IMG/VR virus record: IMGVR_UViG_3300021964_000151
Location: 1 to 42,824 of that record
Reading direction: 5' to 3' (one strand)
Length of the DNA: 42,824 nucleotides
From: a virus
Lineage: Duplodnaviria > Caudoviricetes
Shown: one piece after another, positions 18,238 through 29,400 of the stretch
How positions within the stretch are numbered: the first letter of the stretch is position 1
Layout of the letters: every line of letters starts with the position of its first letter
The notes under the pieces: model-generated
What the model saw: the letters and a program-made list of their open reading frames with translations, nothing else
Database searches by the model: none
What the model was told of the DNA's origin: nothing
Made by a program: the position numbers and the translations under genes

Positions 18238-19482
18238 ATGGCTGAAGAAGCAAACAACGTTGAAGAAACTGTACAAGAAACAGTTGAGCAACAAGTAGAA
18301 GAACAACCAAAGGTAGAAGTTCAAGAAGAAGAGAAACCTAGCAATGTTACTGTTGATGATGATGGTACCATTAAAATAGATTTAAGACAACAACCTCAAA
18401 CCGAAGAAACAGATGCCGTTCAAGAGCAAGAAACAACAAGCGTGGATGTGGGCGAACGAACCGAAGATAGCGCGGAAGTGGACCAAGAAATACGGTCCGA
18501 TAACAATGAAAGTACAGCAGAAGAGCAAGTCCTCGAGCTCGTACAAGATGAAGAAACGGTAGAACAAGAAGCTACATTAGCGGATAAAATAAAAGATATT
18601 CCTAATAAGCTTAAAGAACAAGAGGAAGATGTAAATAATAATCAAGAAACCAATCAGTTACCAGAAAATATTGACAAATTAGTCAAATTTATGGAAGAGA
18701 CTGGTGGAACGCTTGAAGATTATGTAAGTCTTAATAAAGACTATGATAGTATGGATGACATGCAACTTTTGCGTGAATACTATCAACAAACTAAACCGCA
18801 TTTATCAACTGATGAAATTGATTTCTTAATTGAAGACAATTTTTCATATGACGAAGAAGTTGATGAAGAGCGAGATGTAAAAAGAAAAAAATTACTATTT
18901 AAAGAATCAATTGCTGAAGCTAAATCAAATCTTTCTAATCTGAAGAATCAATATTACGATGACCTTAAGTTAAGTTCAAAGTTAACTCCAGAACAAAAAG
19001 AAGCGGTTCAGTTTTACAACGATTATAAAGTTGAACAAGAATCAACACAAAAATTGCGTGAACAGCAACGAAATGTTTTTGAACAGCAAACCAATAAATT
19101 ATTTTCAGATGAATTCAAAGGTTTTGAATACAAAGTTGGAAGTAATAAATATAGGTTTAATGTAAAAGATATTGGTAATGTTAAATCATCTCAATCAGAT
19201 ATAAATACATTGGTTAACAAGTTTGTTAACGAGAATAATGAATTATCTGATGCAGCTGGTTATCACAAAGCATTATTTACTGCTATGAATGCAGATGCTA
19301 TTGCAAACCATTTTTATGAACAAGGAAAGGCAGATGCCGTTAAAGAAACTATGGCAAAATCTAAAAATGTAGATATGTCGCCTCGCCAAGGTCATGAAGC
19401 GGTTACAACAAATTCTGGATTTAAAATCCGCGCAGTTAGTGGTGATGACAGTTCTCGATTAAGAATTAAAATGAAACAATAA
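18238..19482 (+). CDS. Capsid scaffolding-like protein
   Basis: Very acidic, low-complexity N-terminus with a helical C-terminus, located between portal and major capsid protein. Confidence 0.65.
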   Translation: MAEEANNVEETVQETVEQQVEEQPKVEVQEEEKPSNVTVDDDGTIKIDLRQQPQTEETDAVQEQETTSVDVGERTEDSAEVDQEIRSDNNESTAEEQVLELVQDEETVEQEATLADKIKDIPNKLKEQEEDVNNNQETNQLPENIDKLVKFMEETGGTLEDYVSLNKDYDSMDDMQLLREYYQQTKPHLSTDEIDFLIEDNFSYDEEVDEERDVKRKKLLFKESIAEAKSNLSNLKNQYYDDLKLSSKLTPEQKEAVQFYNDYKVEQESTQKLREQQRNVFEQQTNKLFSDEFKGFEYKVGSNKYRFNVKDIGNVKSSQSDINTLVNKFVNENNELSDAAGYHKALFTAMNADAIANHFYEQGKADAVKETMAKSKNVDMSPRQGHEAVTTNSGFKIRAVSGDDSSRLRIKMKQ

Positions 19483-19501
19483 CAATAAAAAATAATTAAA
19501 A

Positions 19502-20944
19502 ATGGGATTATTTGAAACAGGTGGATCGTTTCCAGCAGGATTAACGCCTTCACCTACTAAATCACTTTTCTCAGGTAACTACCTGACTTTTGACTCTGCC
19601 ACTGGTGGCGGAACATTTGCACAACAATTTTTACCAGACGTATACGAAAAGGAAGTTGAGCGTTACGGAAATCGCTCTGTTTCTTCTTTCTTGCGCATGG
19701 TAGGAGCTGAAATTCCTTCTGCTTCAGATCAAGTTATCTGGTCAGAGCAAGGAAGACTGCACATTGCTTATGATGCTGCTGCTGCTAATACAGGAACTAA
19801 TGTAATCACAGAGGCTGGACATGCTGTTCGCGCTGGACAAACTGTAGCTGTTGCTGAGGGACTTGTAACTGTAAAAGCAGTTGTTATTTCTGTAACTACA
19901 GATACATTTACAGTTGCTCCTTATGCTGAGCAAACACTAGATGCTGCTGGTTTATCAACTGGTGCTGCTGTGGCTGTAAAAGTATTTGTTTACGGTTCTG
20001 AATTTGCTAAAGGTTCAGCTGGTATGACAGGATCTGTAGATGCTGGTTTCCAACAGTTTAGCAACTCTCCAATTATTATCAAAGATAAATATTCTATCTC
20101 TGGTTCTGATACTGCACAAATTGGATGGGTTGAAGTAACTACTGAAAACGGTGCTTCTGGATACCTATGGTATTTAAAATCTGAGCACGAAACTCGTTTA
20201 CGTTTTGAAGACTACCTTGAAATGTCAATGGTTGAAGGTGAATTAGCTGCTACTACTGGTAATGGTTCTGAAGCTAACGATCAAGGATATAAAGGTACTG
20301 AAGGTCTTTTTGCTGCTATTGAAAGCCGTGGAAATATCTATCAAAACTTTAATTCTGGTGAAGCTACACTAAGTAACGCTGGATCTGATAGAACTGCTCT
20401 TCAAGATTTTGATGAAATACTTAAAAACCTTGACAAGCAAGGAGCTATTGAAGAAAACATGCTTTTCTTAAACAGAGCTACTGCGCTTGCTTTTGATGAT
20501 ATGCTAGGAGCTGTAAATGCTCACTATAATGGTGGAACTTCTTATGGAGTATTCAACAATAGCGAGGATATGGCACTTAACCTAGGATTTAGCGGTTTCC
20601 GCAGAGGTTCTTATGACTTCTACAAAACTGACTGGAAATACTTAAACGATGCTGCTACACGTGGGCTTACTGAAGATATTGATGGTGTAATGGTACCCGC
20701 TGGTACTTCAACTGTATACGATCAGCAACTAGGTAAGAACATTAAGCGTCCTTTCCTACACGTACGCTACAGAGCTTCTGAAGCTGATGATAGAAAAATG
20801 AAATCTTGGATCACTGGATCTGTAGGTGGAGTTTATACTTCTGACGTTGATGAGATGAATGTACACTTCTTGTCTGAAAGATGTTTATGTGTTCAAGGAG
20901 CAAACAACTTTACTTTATTTAAGTCTGTTACTCAAGGAGCATAA
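19502..20944 (+). CDS. Major capsid protein (HK97 fold, crAss-like type)
   Basis: 480 aa after the scaffold gene. It has an Ala/Val-rich insertion domain, a GTEGLFAAIESRG segment, codon usage typical of high expression (GCT/GGT/ACT/TTC/AAC) and a strong downstream terminator. Confidence 0.85.
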   Translation: MGLFETGGSFPAGLTPSPTKSLFSGNYLTFDSATGGGTFAQQFLPDVYEKEVERYGNRSVSSFLRMVGAEIPSASDQVIWSEQGRLHIAYDAAAANTGTNVITEAGHAVRAGQTVAVAEGLVTVKAVVISVTTDTFTVAPYAEQTLDAAGLSTGAAVAVKVFVYGSEFAKGSAGMTGSVDAGFQQFSNSPIIIKDKYSISGSDTAQIGWVEVTTENGASGYLWYLKSEHETRLRFEDYLEMSMVEGELAATTGNGSEANDQGYKGTEGLFAAIESRGNIYQNFNSGEATLSNAGSDRTALQDFDEILKNLDKQGAIEENMLFLNRATALAFDDMLGAVNAHYNGGTSYGVFNNSEDMALNLGFSGFRRGSYDFYKTDWKYLNDAATRGLTEDIDGVMVPAGTSTVYDQQLGKNIKRPFLHVRYRASEADDRKMKSWITGSVGGVYTSDVDEMNVHFLSERCLCVQGANNFTLFKSVTQGA

Positions 20945-20952
20945 TTATTAAT

Positions 20953-20995
20953 GTAAGGATGGGGCGTCTTTTGGGCGCCTCTATCTTTGCTTTTT
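20953..20995 (+). terminator. Rho-independent terminator after the major capsid gene
   Basis: GTAAGGAT-GGGGCGTCT-TTT-GGGCGCCTC-T-ATCTTTGC forms an extended GC-rich stem with G-U pairs and is followed by TTTTT. Confidence 0.8.
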
Positions 20996-21017
20996 ATCAA
21001 TTTTATTATATTATATT

Positions 21018-21845
21018 ATGGCTAAGAAAAAAGAAGCTGTAGAGAGCCCAAACGCTCCTGTAGCACAAGTGATTGAAACATCACAACCAACAAAACCTAT
21101 TCAAAAAAAAAATGAATGGGAAATTAAAGATAGAACTTATATTTTAATAGGTAATAAAGCGCCTATAACTTTTACCCTTGCATCAAAACATCATAGCAGA
21201 AATCCTTTAATGTGGTGGGATGAAGAAAAAAGTATTAGTAGAGAATTAAGATATGCTTCTAATCAAAACTCACCGTTTAAAGATGAACAAAATGGTTTTT
21301 CAACTTTAAAGCATATTGTTTTTAGAAATGGTTCATTATTGGTGCCAAAAGCTGATCAAGCTTTACAAAAATTATTATCATTATATCATCCTCAAAAAAA
21401 TTTAACATATTATGAGGTTGATGCAGTTGCTGAGGCTAAAGATGATTTACAAGATCTTGAACTTGAAATTACAGCACTTAATTTAGCACGTGATTTAGAT
21501 ATAGAACACGCAGAAGCTGTTCTAAGAGTTGAACAGGGTTCAGGAGTATCAAAAATGACTTCTTCGGAAATTAGAAGAGATCTATTGTTATTTGCAAAAA
21601 GAAGTCCTGCAGCTTTTGTTTCACTAGTTGAAGATGATAATGTACAGCTTAGAAATTTTGCTATTAAAGCAGTAGAAGCTGGAATTATTAATTTATCAGG
21701 TGATCAAAAATCATTTCACTGGACAAGTAATAATAAAAAATTAATGTCAGTACCTTTTGAAGAAAATCCATATAGTGCGTTTGCATCGTATTTAAAAACA
21801 GATGAAGGTGTTGAGGTTTATAAATCAATAGAAAAGAAAATTTAA
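21018..21845 (+). CDS. Conserved virion-module protein downstream of the capsid gene (function unknown)
   Basis: 275-aa ORF in the slot after the MCP that crAss-like phages also conserve. Flanked by two hairpins. Confidence 0.6.
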   Translation: MAKKKEAVESPNAPVAQVIETSQPTKPIQKKNEWEIKDRTYILIGNKAPITFTLASKHHSRNPLMWWDEEKSISRELRYASNQNSPFKDEQNGFSTLKHIVFRNGSLLVPKADQALQKLLSLYHPQKNLTYYEVDAVAEAKDDLQDLELEITALNLARDLDIEHAEAVLRVEQGSGVSKMTSSEIRRDLLLFAKRSPAAFVSLVEDDNVQLRNFAIKAVEAGIINLSGDQKSFHWTSNNKKLMSVPFEENPYSAFASYLKTDEGVEVYKSIEKKI

Positions 21846-21856
21846 ATAAACCACTT

Positions 21857-21891
21857 TAGTGATAGGGTCACTTAGGTGGCCCTTATCATTA
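21857..21891 (+). terminator. Intergenic stem-loop (terminator or RNA processing/stability element)
   Basis: TAGTGATAGGGTCAC-TTAG-GTGGCCC(T)TATCATTA inverted repeat. The U-tract is weak. Confidence 0.55.
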
Positions 21892-21904
21892 TAACATAAA
21901 AAAT

Positions 21905-22588
21905 ATGATTAGCGTAGATACAGTATACCAAAGAGTATTAGCAATCCTAAATAAAGAAAATAGAGGATATATGACTCCGCAAGAATTTAATCTTCTTGCT
22001 AATCAAGCTCAACTAGAAGTATTTGAGCAATATTTCTACGACTTAAATCAATTTAACAGAATGGGCGAAATTACCAATGAGTTCGCTAATATAGTTAAAA
22101 ACATAAAAGAAAAAATAAATTTATTTAAAACAAATGCTACTTTAACTAAAAGTAGTGATAAATTTATTTTGCCTAATAATTTATATAGATTAGGCACAGT
22201 ATACTATAATGATTATATAGAAGTTGAAGAAGTAAACGAAAATGAATTACTTTTTATTAATCAATCTCCACTTACAAGACCAGATTCTACAAGACCTTTA
22301 TATGTAAGAACAGGCGATCGTATAGCCGTATATCCATCTGGTATTACTTCAAGTATTAAATGTTCACTTATAATTTCTCCTGCTAGACCTAATTGGGCAT
22401 ATGAAGAGATTAATAATACACCTATGTATGATGCAACAAACTCAACTGATTTTGGATTGCATGAATCTGATGAAACCACAATAGTATATAAAATATTAAG
22501 TTATGCTGGATTAGTTATAAAACAACCTGAAATTAGTCAAGTTGCTGAGCAAAAAGATAGTATTAAAACCCAAAAAGAAAAATCATAA
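21905..22588 (+). CDS. Tail ring/head-tail adaptor protein (P22 gp4/crAss ring-like)
   Basis: N-terminal helices with NKENRGYMTPQEFNLLANQAQLE, a central beta region and a C-terminal helix. Position fits a ring protein. Confidence 0.65.
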   Translation: MISVDTVYQRVLAILNKENRGYMTPQEFNLLANQAQLEVFEQYFYDLNQFNRMGEITNEFANIVKNIKEKINLFKTNATLTKSSDKFILPNNLYRLGTVYYNDYIEVEEVNENELLFINQSPLTRPDSTRPLYVRTGDRIAVYPSGITSSIKCSLIISPARPNWAYEEINNTPMYDATNSTDFGLHESDETTIVYKILSYAGLVIKQPEISQVAEQKDSIKTQKEKS

Positions 22589-22591
22589 AGA

Positions 22592-23485
22592 ATGGCTTTA
22601 GCAAAATACACTCCAAAAGATTATTACAATGGTAAAAATAAAGGCTATTATCAGTTTATAACACTTTCTGATATTATAAGTAATTTTATAGTTTCTTATG
22701 TTGGTGATGATAAAATTATAAAAAGTACAAAAAGACCAGAGATTGCTTATCACGCTCAGCGCACTTTACAAGAATTGAGTTATGATACTATTGATAATAT
22801 AAAGGCAATTGAAGTTGAAGTACCGCCTTCATTATCCATACCTATTCCTCATGATTTTGTAAACTATGTAAGAATAACTGCTGTTGATGAAGCTGGTATT
22901 GAAAGGCCATTGAAACCTGTTGATATTACATCAGCACCAACTCCAATATTGCAAGATGATAAATATAACTATCTTTATGATGATAAGGATAATTTATTAA
23001 TAGCAACAGAAAGTGAGGCTGTAAAAAGATTTAAAGATAATAAATCTGGCGAAAATAAACTGCAAGACGCAAGTGAACTCACTTATCTTGAAGAAGGTTA
23101 TGGTTATAATGTGGATTATGGAAAAAGATACGGTATTGATCCACAACGTGCGACAAAAAACGATTTATTTGTTATAGATCAAAGAAGAGGTGTAATATCA
23201 TTTAGTAGTGGTGTTAAAGGTAAGATATTAATAATTAAATATGTATCTGATGGTCTTAACATTGATGATGATTCTAAAATACACAAGTTTGCAGAAGAAG
23301 CCATGTACAAATCAATAGCACTTGCTATTATGTCTGCGAAAACAAATATACCTGAATATCAAATAAATAGACTTAAAAAAGAAAAGAAAGCTGCTATGCG
23401 CACCGCTAAGTTACGTCTTGCTAATATAAATATAGAAGACTTAACTCAGGTAATGAGAGGTAAATCGAAACAAATTAAACATTAA
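22592..23485 (+). CDS. Second ring/tail tubular structural protein
   Basis: Helix-beta-helix layout with the IPHDFVNYVRI motif and IKYVSDGL. It lies between the first ring gene and the muzzle gene. Confidence 0.6.
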   Translation: MALAKYTPKDYYNGKNKGYYQFITLSDIISNFIVSYVGDDKIIKSTKRPEIAYHAQRTLQELSYDTIDNIKAIEVEVPPSLSIPIPHDFVNYVRITAVDEAGIERPLKPVDITSAPTPILQDDKYNYLYDDKDNLLIATESEAVKRFKDNKSGENKLQDASELTYLEEGYGYNVDYGKRYGIDPQRATKNDLFVIDQRRGVISFSSGVKGKILIIKYVSDGLNIDDDSKIHKFAEEAMYKSIALAIMSAKTNIPEYQINRLKKEKKAAMRTAKLRLANINIEDLTQVMRGKSKQIKH

Positions 23486-23487
23486 AT

Positions 23488-26400
23488 ATGGCAGAGCTTA
23501 AGCATACTTTTACGTCCGGTCGAATGAATAAAGACTTGGACGAAAGACTTATTCCTAATGGAGAGTATATTGATGCACAAAATATACAAATATCTTCATC
23601 TGAAGGTTCTGATGTTGGCGCTATTGAAAATTTATTAGGTAATGAAAAATTATCTAAATTAAATTTAAAAAACGCAAAAACACTAGGTAGTATTGCTTAT
23701 AACTTAAAAGATAAAATATATTGGATTGTTACATCAGACAACATAGATGGTATATATGAGTTTGATGAAAAACAACAAACGGTATCTCCTATATTAATAG
23801 ATAGCAAAGAAACTAAATCTATTAATTTAAATAGTGCCGCTGTGTATAGCAACGTTGATAATGAGCTTATTATAGATAGTTTTAATTTGGGTAGCATTAA
23901 AGAATTGATTGGTAATGATTTACCGGGTGCTATTGATGAGGAAAAGTTAGTAAAAAATAATATTTACATTTCTTCTGTTGATCCATATATAAGAATATCT
24001 ATACCAAAAAATACTGTTATAAAAAAAGATACAAATGGAAAAATTGTATTTAAAAACGTAGAATATAACGGTAAAAAATATAGGGTTGACTTTAAAGCTA
24101 CGTATACTTCAAATGGTATATTAAATTTTTCTAAAAACAATTTAATTACTGGTATAAATATAGTAGATGATCTTTTGTTTTGGACTGATAATCTTAATCA
24201 GCCAAGACGCATAAATATATCTTCATTTAAAAAGCATACTGACGATGAGTTTAACAAAGACACACAAATAGAATATGCTGAAAAAGATCCTACAACCAAA
24301 CAAGTAACAAAACTCAAAAGAAACTTTACCGAAGATGATATTTCTGTAATTAAGAAATCTCCTATGTATGCACCGTCTATGGAATTATATGATTCTGTAA
24401 CAGATGGTATAGTTGATATTAAATATACTTTAAATTTATCAAACTTATACATAGGTCAAATATTTACGTTGAGTAGTTTAACTAATGTGCCGTCTTGGGT
24501 TGTTGGTGATTTTGTTACAATACAATCTGATGCCGCTGACTTTGTTTTAGACGCATCGGTAAAATCTGTTACAGATACAGCGGTTGAATTAAGTCTAGCT
24601 ACTATATCTGGCGATATTGATAATATATCATATGACTGTAATATAAATCTAAAACAAAAGAAAGCTTTATATGAACTTAATTTTGTAAGATTTGCATACC
24701 GTTGGAAATATAAAAACGGTGAATACTCTACATTATCACCTTTTACAGAGCCCGCATTCATTCCGAATGAATTTAAATATGACGGAAAAGAAGCTTTTAA
24801 TTATGGCATGATTAATAAGCTACAACGTGTTATATTAAATAACTTTGATTTAGGTAAGGATGATATAGCTGAAATAGATATATTATTTAAAGAAGGCCGT
24901 AATCAAAACATATATGTTCTTAAAACAATTAAAAAGTTAGATTTTACTAATGAGTATATAATTACTAAAGAACAAATACATTCTGTAATACCTAATAATC
25001 AGCTATTAAGAGCATGGGATAATGTACCTAAAAGAGCCAAAGCACAAGAAGTTACAGCTAATAGAGTTATATATGGTAATTATACACAAAACTATGATGT
25101 ATATAGTGAACCGGATATAAGTGTATCTACTGTGGCTAGACAAGATGATTTAAATAGAACAATAAAGTCTAATAGAACATATCAAATAGGTGTAGCTTAC
25201 ATAGATGAATATAATAGGCACACACCTGTTCTCTCTAATGATACTGGAGCTTTTGAAATTACAAAAGATAATTCTGTATTAAAAAATCAATTTTCTTTAA
25301 CCCTTAATAACCAACCGCCTGCATGGGCTAAGCATTTTAAATATTACATAAAAGATACTTCTGGCGAATATTATAATTTATCTGCAGATAGATATTATAA
25401 AGATACAGAAAATGGATTTACTTATATATCATTTCCATCATCAGATAGAAACAAAGTAACTAATGACCACTATCTTATATTAAAGAAAAATCATGGAGAT
25501 AATAATCCAGTTTTAGAAAAAGATAATAGATATAAAATTATTGATATATTTTCTGATCCTCCAGAATTTATAACAAATAGGAAACGTGTTGTATATTCTT
25601 TAGGTGATATTGTATTTACTGATGACTATGCTGGATCTGGCGGAGGCACAACTATTACTAATAAAGCAGATGCCGAAGGAAATGCGCCATTAAAAGATTA
25701 TGCTACTATTCAAATTAAACAAGCAAACTCTAGCGCAGATGGGGTTAGCTTAGATGATGCAAATGAAATTAAACCTGGAAGATATATTTCTTTTGAATAC
25801 TTGGGTAAGGAGTCTAAAAAATATAAAATAAAAAGATTATCACAACATCCATCTGGAGATAATGAAATTAAAATTGATTTTGAAGAACCTTTTGGTGACG
25901 ACGTTGAAATAATTTATAATAAAAATACTGGTAATTTAGGAGACGTAACTACTAATTTTGGCGTTAATATGAATATTTCAGAAGAATATTCAGCCGCTGG
26001 AGATAAAGAATTTGATGGAAGATTTTTTATTAAATTAAAAACAAATTCTGTTTTAGAAAATTCTATAATATCTCAGACTATTGGAGGTGTTAGTTATTTA
26101 GCTAAAAAATCAATACCACTTATTGGAGTTTATTCTAAAAACGATGATAATGGAACCGGTAGAAGAGGTGAAAATAGTTGGTTTAATATAAATAGAATTA
26201 AAGACAACGCATCAAGAGACCCTAAAAATGAATTTGTTGTTTCTGATGGTGGTACAGCTATACCAGGTAATACACCTGAATCTGGTAAAAGAGTTGTAAA
26301 AGGTAGTTTAGAGTATAATATTACTTTAGAGTCAGCTACTGAACACATGCACAGAAGCGTTGATAGCTTAGCTAAACTAGCTAAAATTGGAAATTTTGTA

Positions 26401-29400
26401 AGATTTGTAAATGCTGATGGAACACCTCACCATGATACCGTATATGAAATTGGAAACGTATCTGTTGATTCATATGAAACAAAATACGGAGCTAGTGGGC
26501 CTTTTTCAGCTAAAGGAGACATAAAAAGAATAAGCTTTAGATTTGTTGATGAAAATGGTGATTTTAAAGCTTTAGATGCTAATGTTGTAAAAAGAGGTGA
26601 CGATACTTGGGGTGAAGAACCTCAAATGGAAATATTACAAGAATTAACTGAAGAAAATGTTTTAATAAAAGATCCAGCTATATTTGAAACTGAGCCATTA
26701 GATAGAAAAACAGAGCTTGATATATATTACGAAACTGAAAAAGCAATATCAATTGAAGAGCATGGACAAACCCATATATTAAACTGGTATAATGCTATTT
26801 CTTTTGGTAATGGTGTTGAATCTAACCGTATTAGGGATGATTTTAACGCGATATTTATTGATACAGGTGTTAGAGCATCAACTGTACTTGCTGAACCGTT
26901 TAAAGAAGAGCATAAGTTTAATGGATTAATTTGGTCTGGTATTATTAATTCAAGATCAGGCACAAATCAGTCTAACCAATTTAATATGGCAAACGCTATA
27001 ACGAAGGATTTATTACCTTCTTATGGTAGTGTACAAAAGCTATTTGCTAGAGACGGCGATATTGTTATTTATTGTGAAGATAAAATTGTAAGGGCTTTAG
27101 CAGATAAAGATATACTCTACAATGCTGATGGGTCCGCAAATGTTACAGCAAGTAGAAATGTAATAGGTAATGTAATCCCTTTTGCTGGAGAATATGGTAT
27201 ATCACAAAATCCCGAATCATTTGCTTTTTATGGTTTTAGAGCATATAATGCTGATCCAAAACGCGGTGTTGTATTAAGATTGTCGCGAGACGGAATTACA
27301 CCTATTAGTGCTGCTAATATGGGGAGTTATTTTAGAAATACATTGTTTGGTTATGACAATGAGATAATAGGTTCTTACGATAATAGAAATAAATTATATA
27401 ACTTATCATATGGTAATGACACTATATGTTTTAGTGAAGATATAAATGGCTGGGTAACTTTTAAAAGCTTTTTACCACAAAATGGTGTATCATTAAATAA
27501 TGTATATTATAGTTATTATGATGCTGAATTATGGCAACACGACTTTGTAGATGCTATAAGAAATAGATTTTACGGTGAACAGTATTATTCATCAATTGAA
27601 CTCAACATAAACGATAATCCTTCTGTAGTTAAAAAATATAAAACTTTAGGGTATGAAGGGACTAAAGGATGGAAAGCCAGTGTTATCACTGACCAACAAA
27701 CAAGTTCAGAATTAACTTTTAAAGAAAAAGAAAACAAATATTTTGTAAATATAACTGGCGAAGCTAAAGAGCTAGGCAGCATTGATACAAAAAACTTTTC
27801 TGCACAAGGCTTAGGTAGATCAGTCAGAAAAACATCAATATCATTTACAACAGGTAATGTAGTTGCTGGACAAAACGGTGAAATAATAATATTAGGCGCT
27901 GGTAACACAGCTATTGGACCCGACTACATTATAACAGGTGAAAATATTATATATACACCTAATCCCGATGGAACAATAACAGTCAATGGAACTAATGTTG
28001 GAGGTTCGAGCGGTACAGGTAATACTACTGGCGGCACAACAATTTCTACCGGTGGTAGTACAGTTACAGTTAATGATACCGCATCAAATACAACAGGAGA
28101 TTTTAGTGATACTGGGGGCGGTAACACTACTGTAAATGATGAAGATCCTTATGTTGATCAAGTAGGTGACGTAGGAAATACTACAACTACATTAGACTTA
28201 GATTTAAATGGTACTGGTTTTTACACTAAACCTGTAGAAATAACACAGAAACCTGGTGAGCAAATATCACAAGCTGTATTTACAATATATCCTGAAGACG
28301 GTTATCAAATAACAGCATCTGATTTTGTTTCATCAGAAGTAGATTTAAATGGTAATAACAATATAGTATTTGAGCAAGATGGTAACAATGTAAAAGCTAC
28401 CGTTACAATTAATGAAAATCAAAGCTCAGACGATAACACTTTAATTTATAATGTTACTGCAACTGCTGATAAAAAACCTATAGAGATTAAAGGTACTCCA
28501 CAATTAAGTCTTACTAATGCAACTATAGACAATACAGATGTTGATAGTTATCAAGTTAGTGGTAGCTATGGTGAAGAAAAAATTATTTCTGAAAGGATTA
28601 TAACTGCCGATGATGGTTATTATTTAACAGCTGATTCTATTACTGTAGATAATCCTAATGTAATTTTAGAAAAAATTAAATTATCTGATAAATCTTATAA
28701 GATAATAGAGACTGTGTTTGTACCTAAAAATGCAACAAGTAATAATAATTATACTATTACAGTTACACCATTAGAGGTTGTATTACCAGATCCAAAAATT
28801 ATATCTAAAACAATAAATACAAGTGTAATTCCTAATATTGCAGAAACCAGAGAACTTGTAGTTAATGGAGAGCAAAATGCTGAATTTGAAGTTGTATTAT
28901 CTGATACATCTGGTTTAATATCAAAAGAAAGTTATACTATTGATGTAACTGGTAAAAAAACAATACCTTTAATATTTGATAGTTCTGATGCTGCAGAGAC
29001 TTATACATTAAAAATAAATAACATAACAGGTACAGATGTAGATACTGGTTTTGGTAATCAAACAATAACATTGACTCGAAACCAAAAAGGTAGAAAAACA
29101 GCAACGTTTTTAGTTAAATACTCTAACACTATAAATAACACTTTTTCTATTGAAGATTACATAGGACAAGGTACAAATAGACAATTTACATTTGATTTAA
29201 CTCTTCCAGCTGGAACTTATACTATAGGAAAACAACCGGCATCAACAGATGTTGTTCTTGGAGATAATAATAATGGTGCTTTTGTGTTATTAAATAATAT
29301 AGAGTTTGATGCTGTAAATACAAACGTACTTACTGTTTCTGGTACTTTATTTGTTAGCAATTTTCAAGAAGATGAAACTTACACTTTAGATATATCACCG

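Noticed and set aside
13573-20944. Introns or inteins in terminase, portal or capsid genes
   Set aside because: The ORFs are continuous and of ordinary size, with no intein splice motifs or homing endonuclease signatures noticed.
27960-28200. Gly/Thr-rich low-complexity DNA as a tandem repeat or CRISPR-like array
   Set aside because: There is no fixed-length repeat unit or repeat-spacer pattern. It is an in-frame flexible linker.
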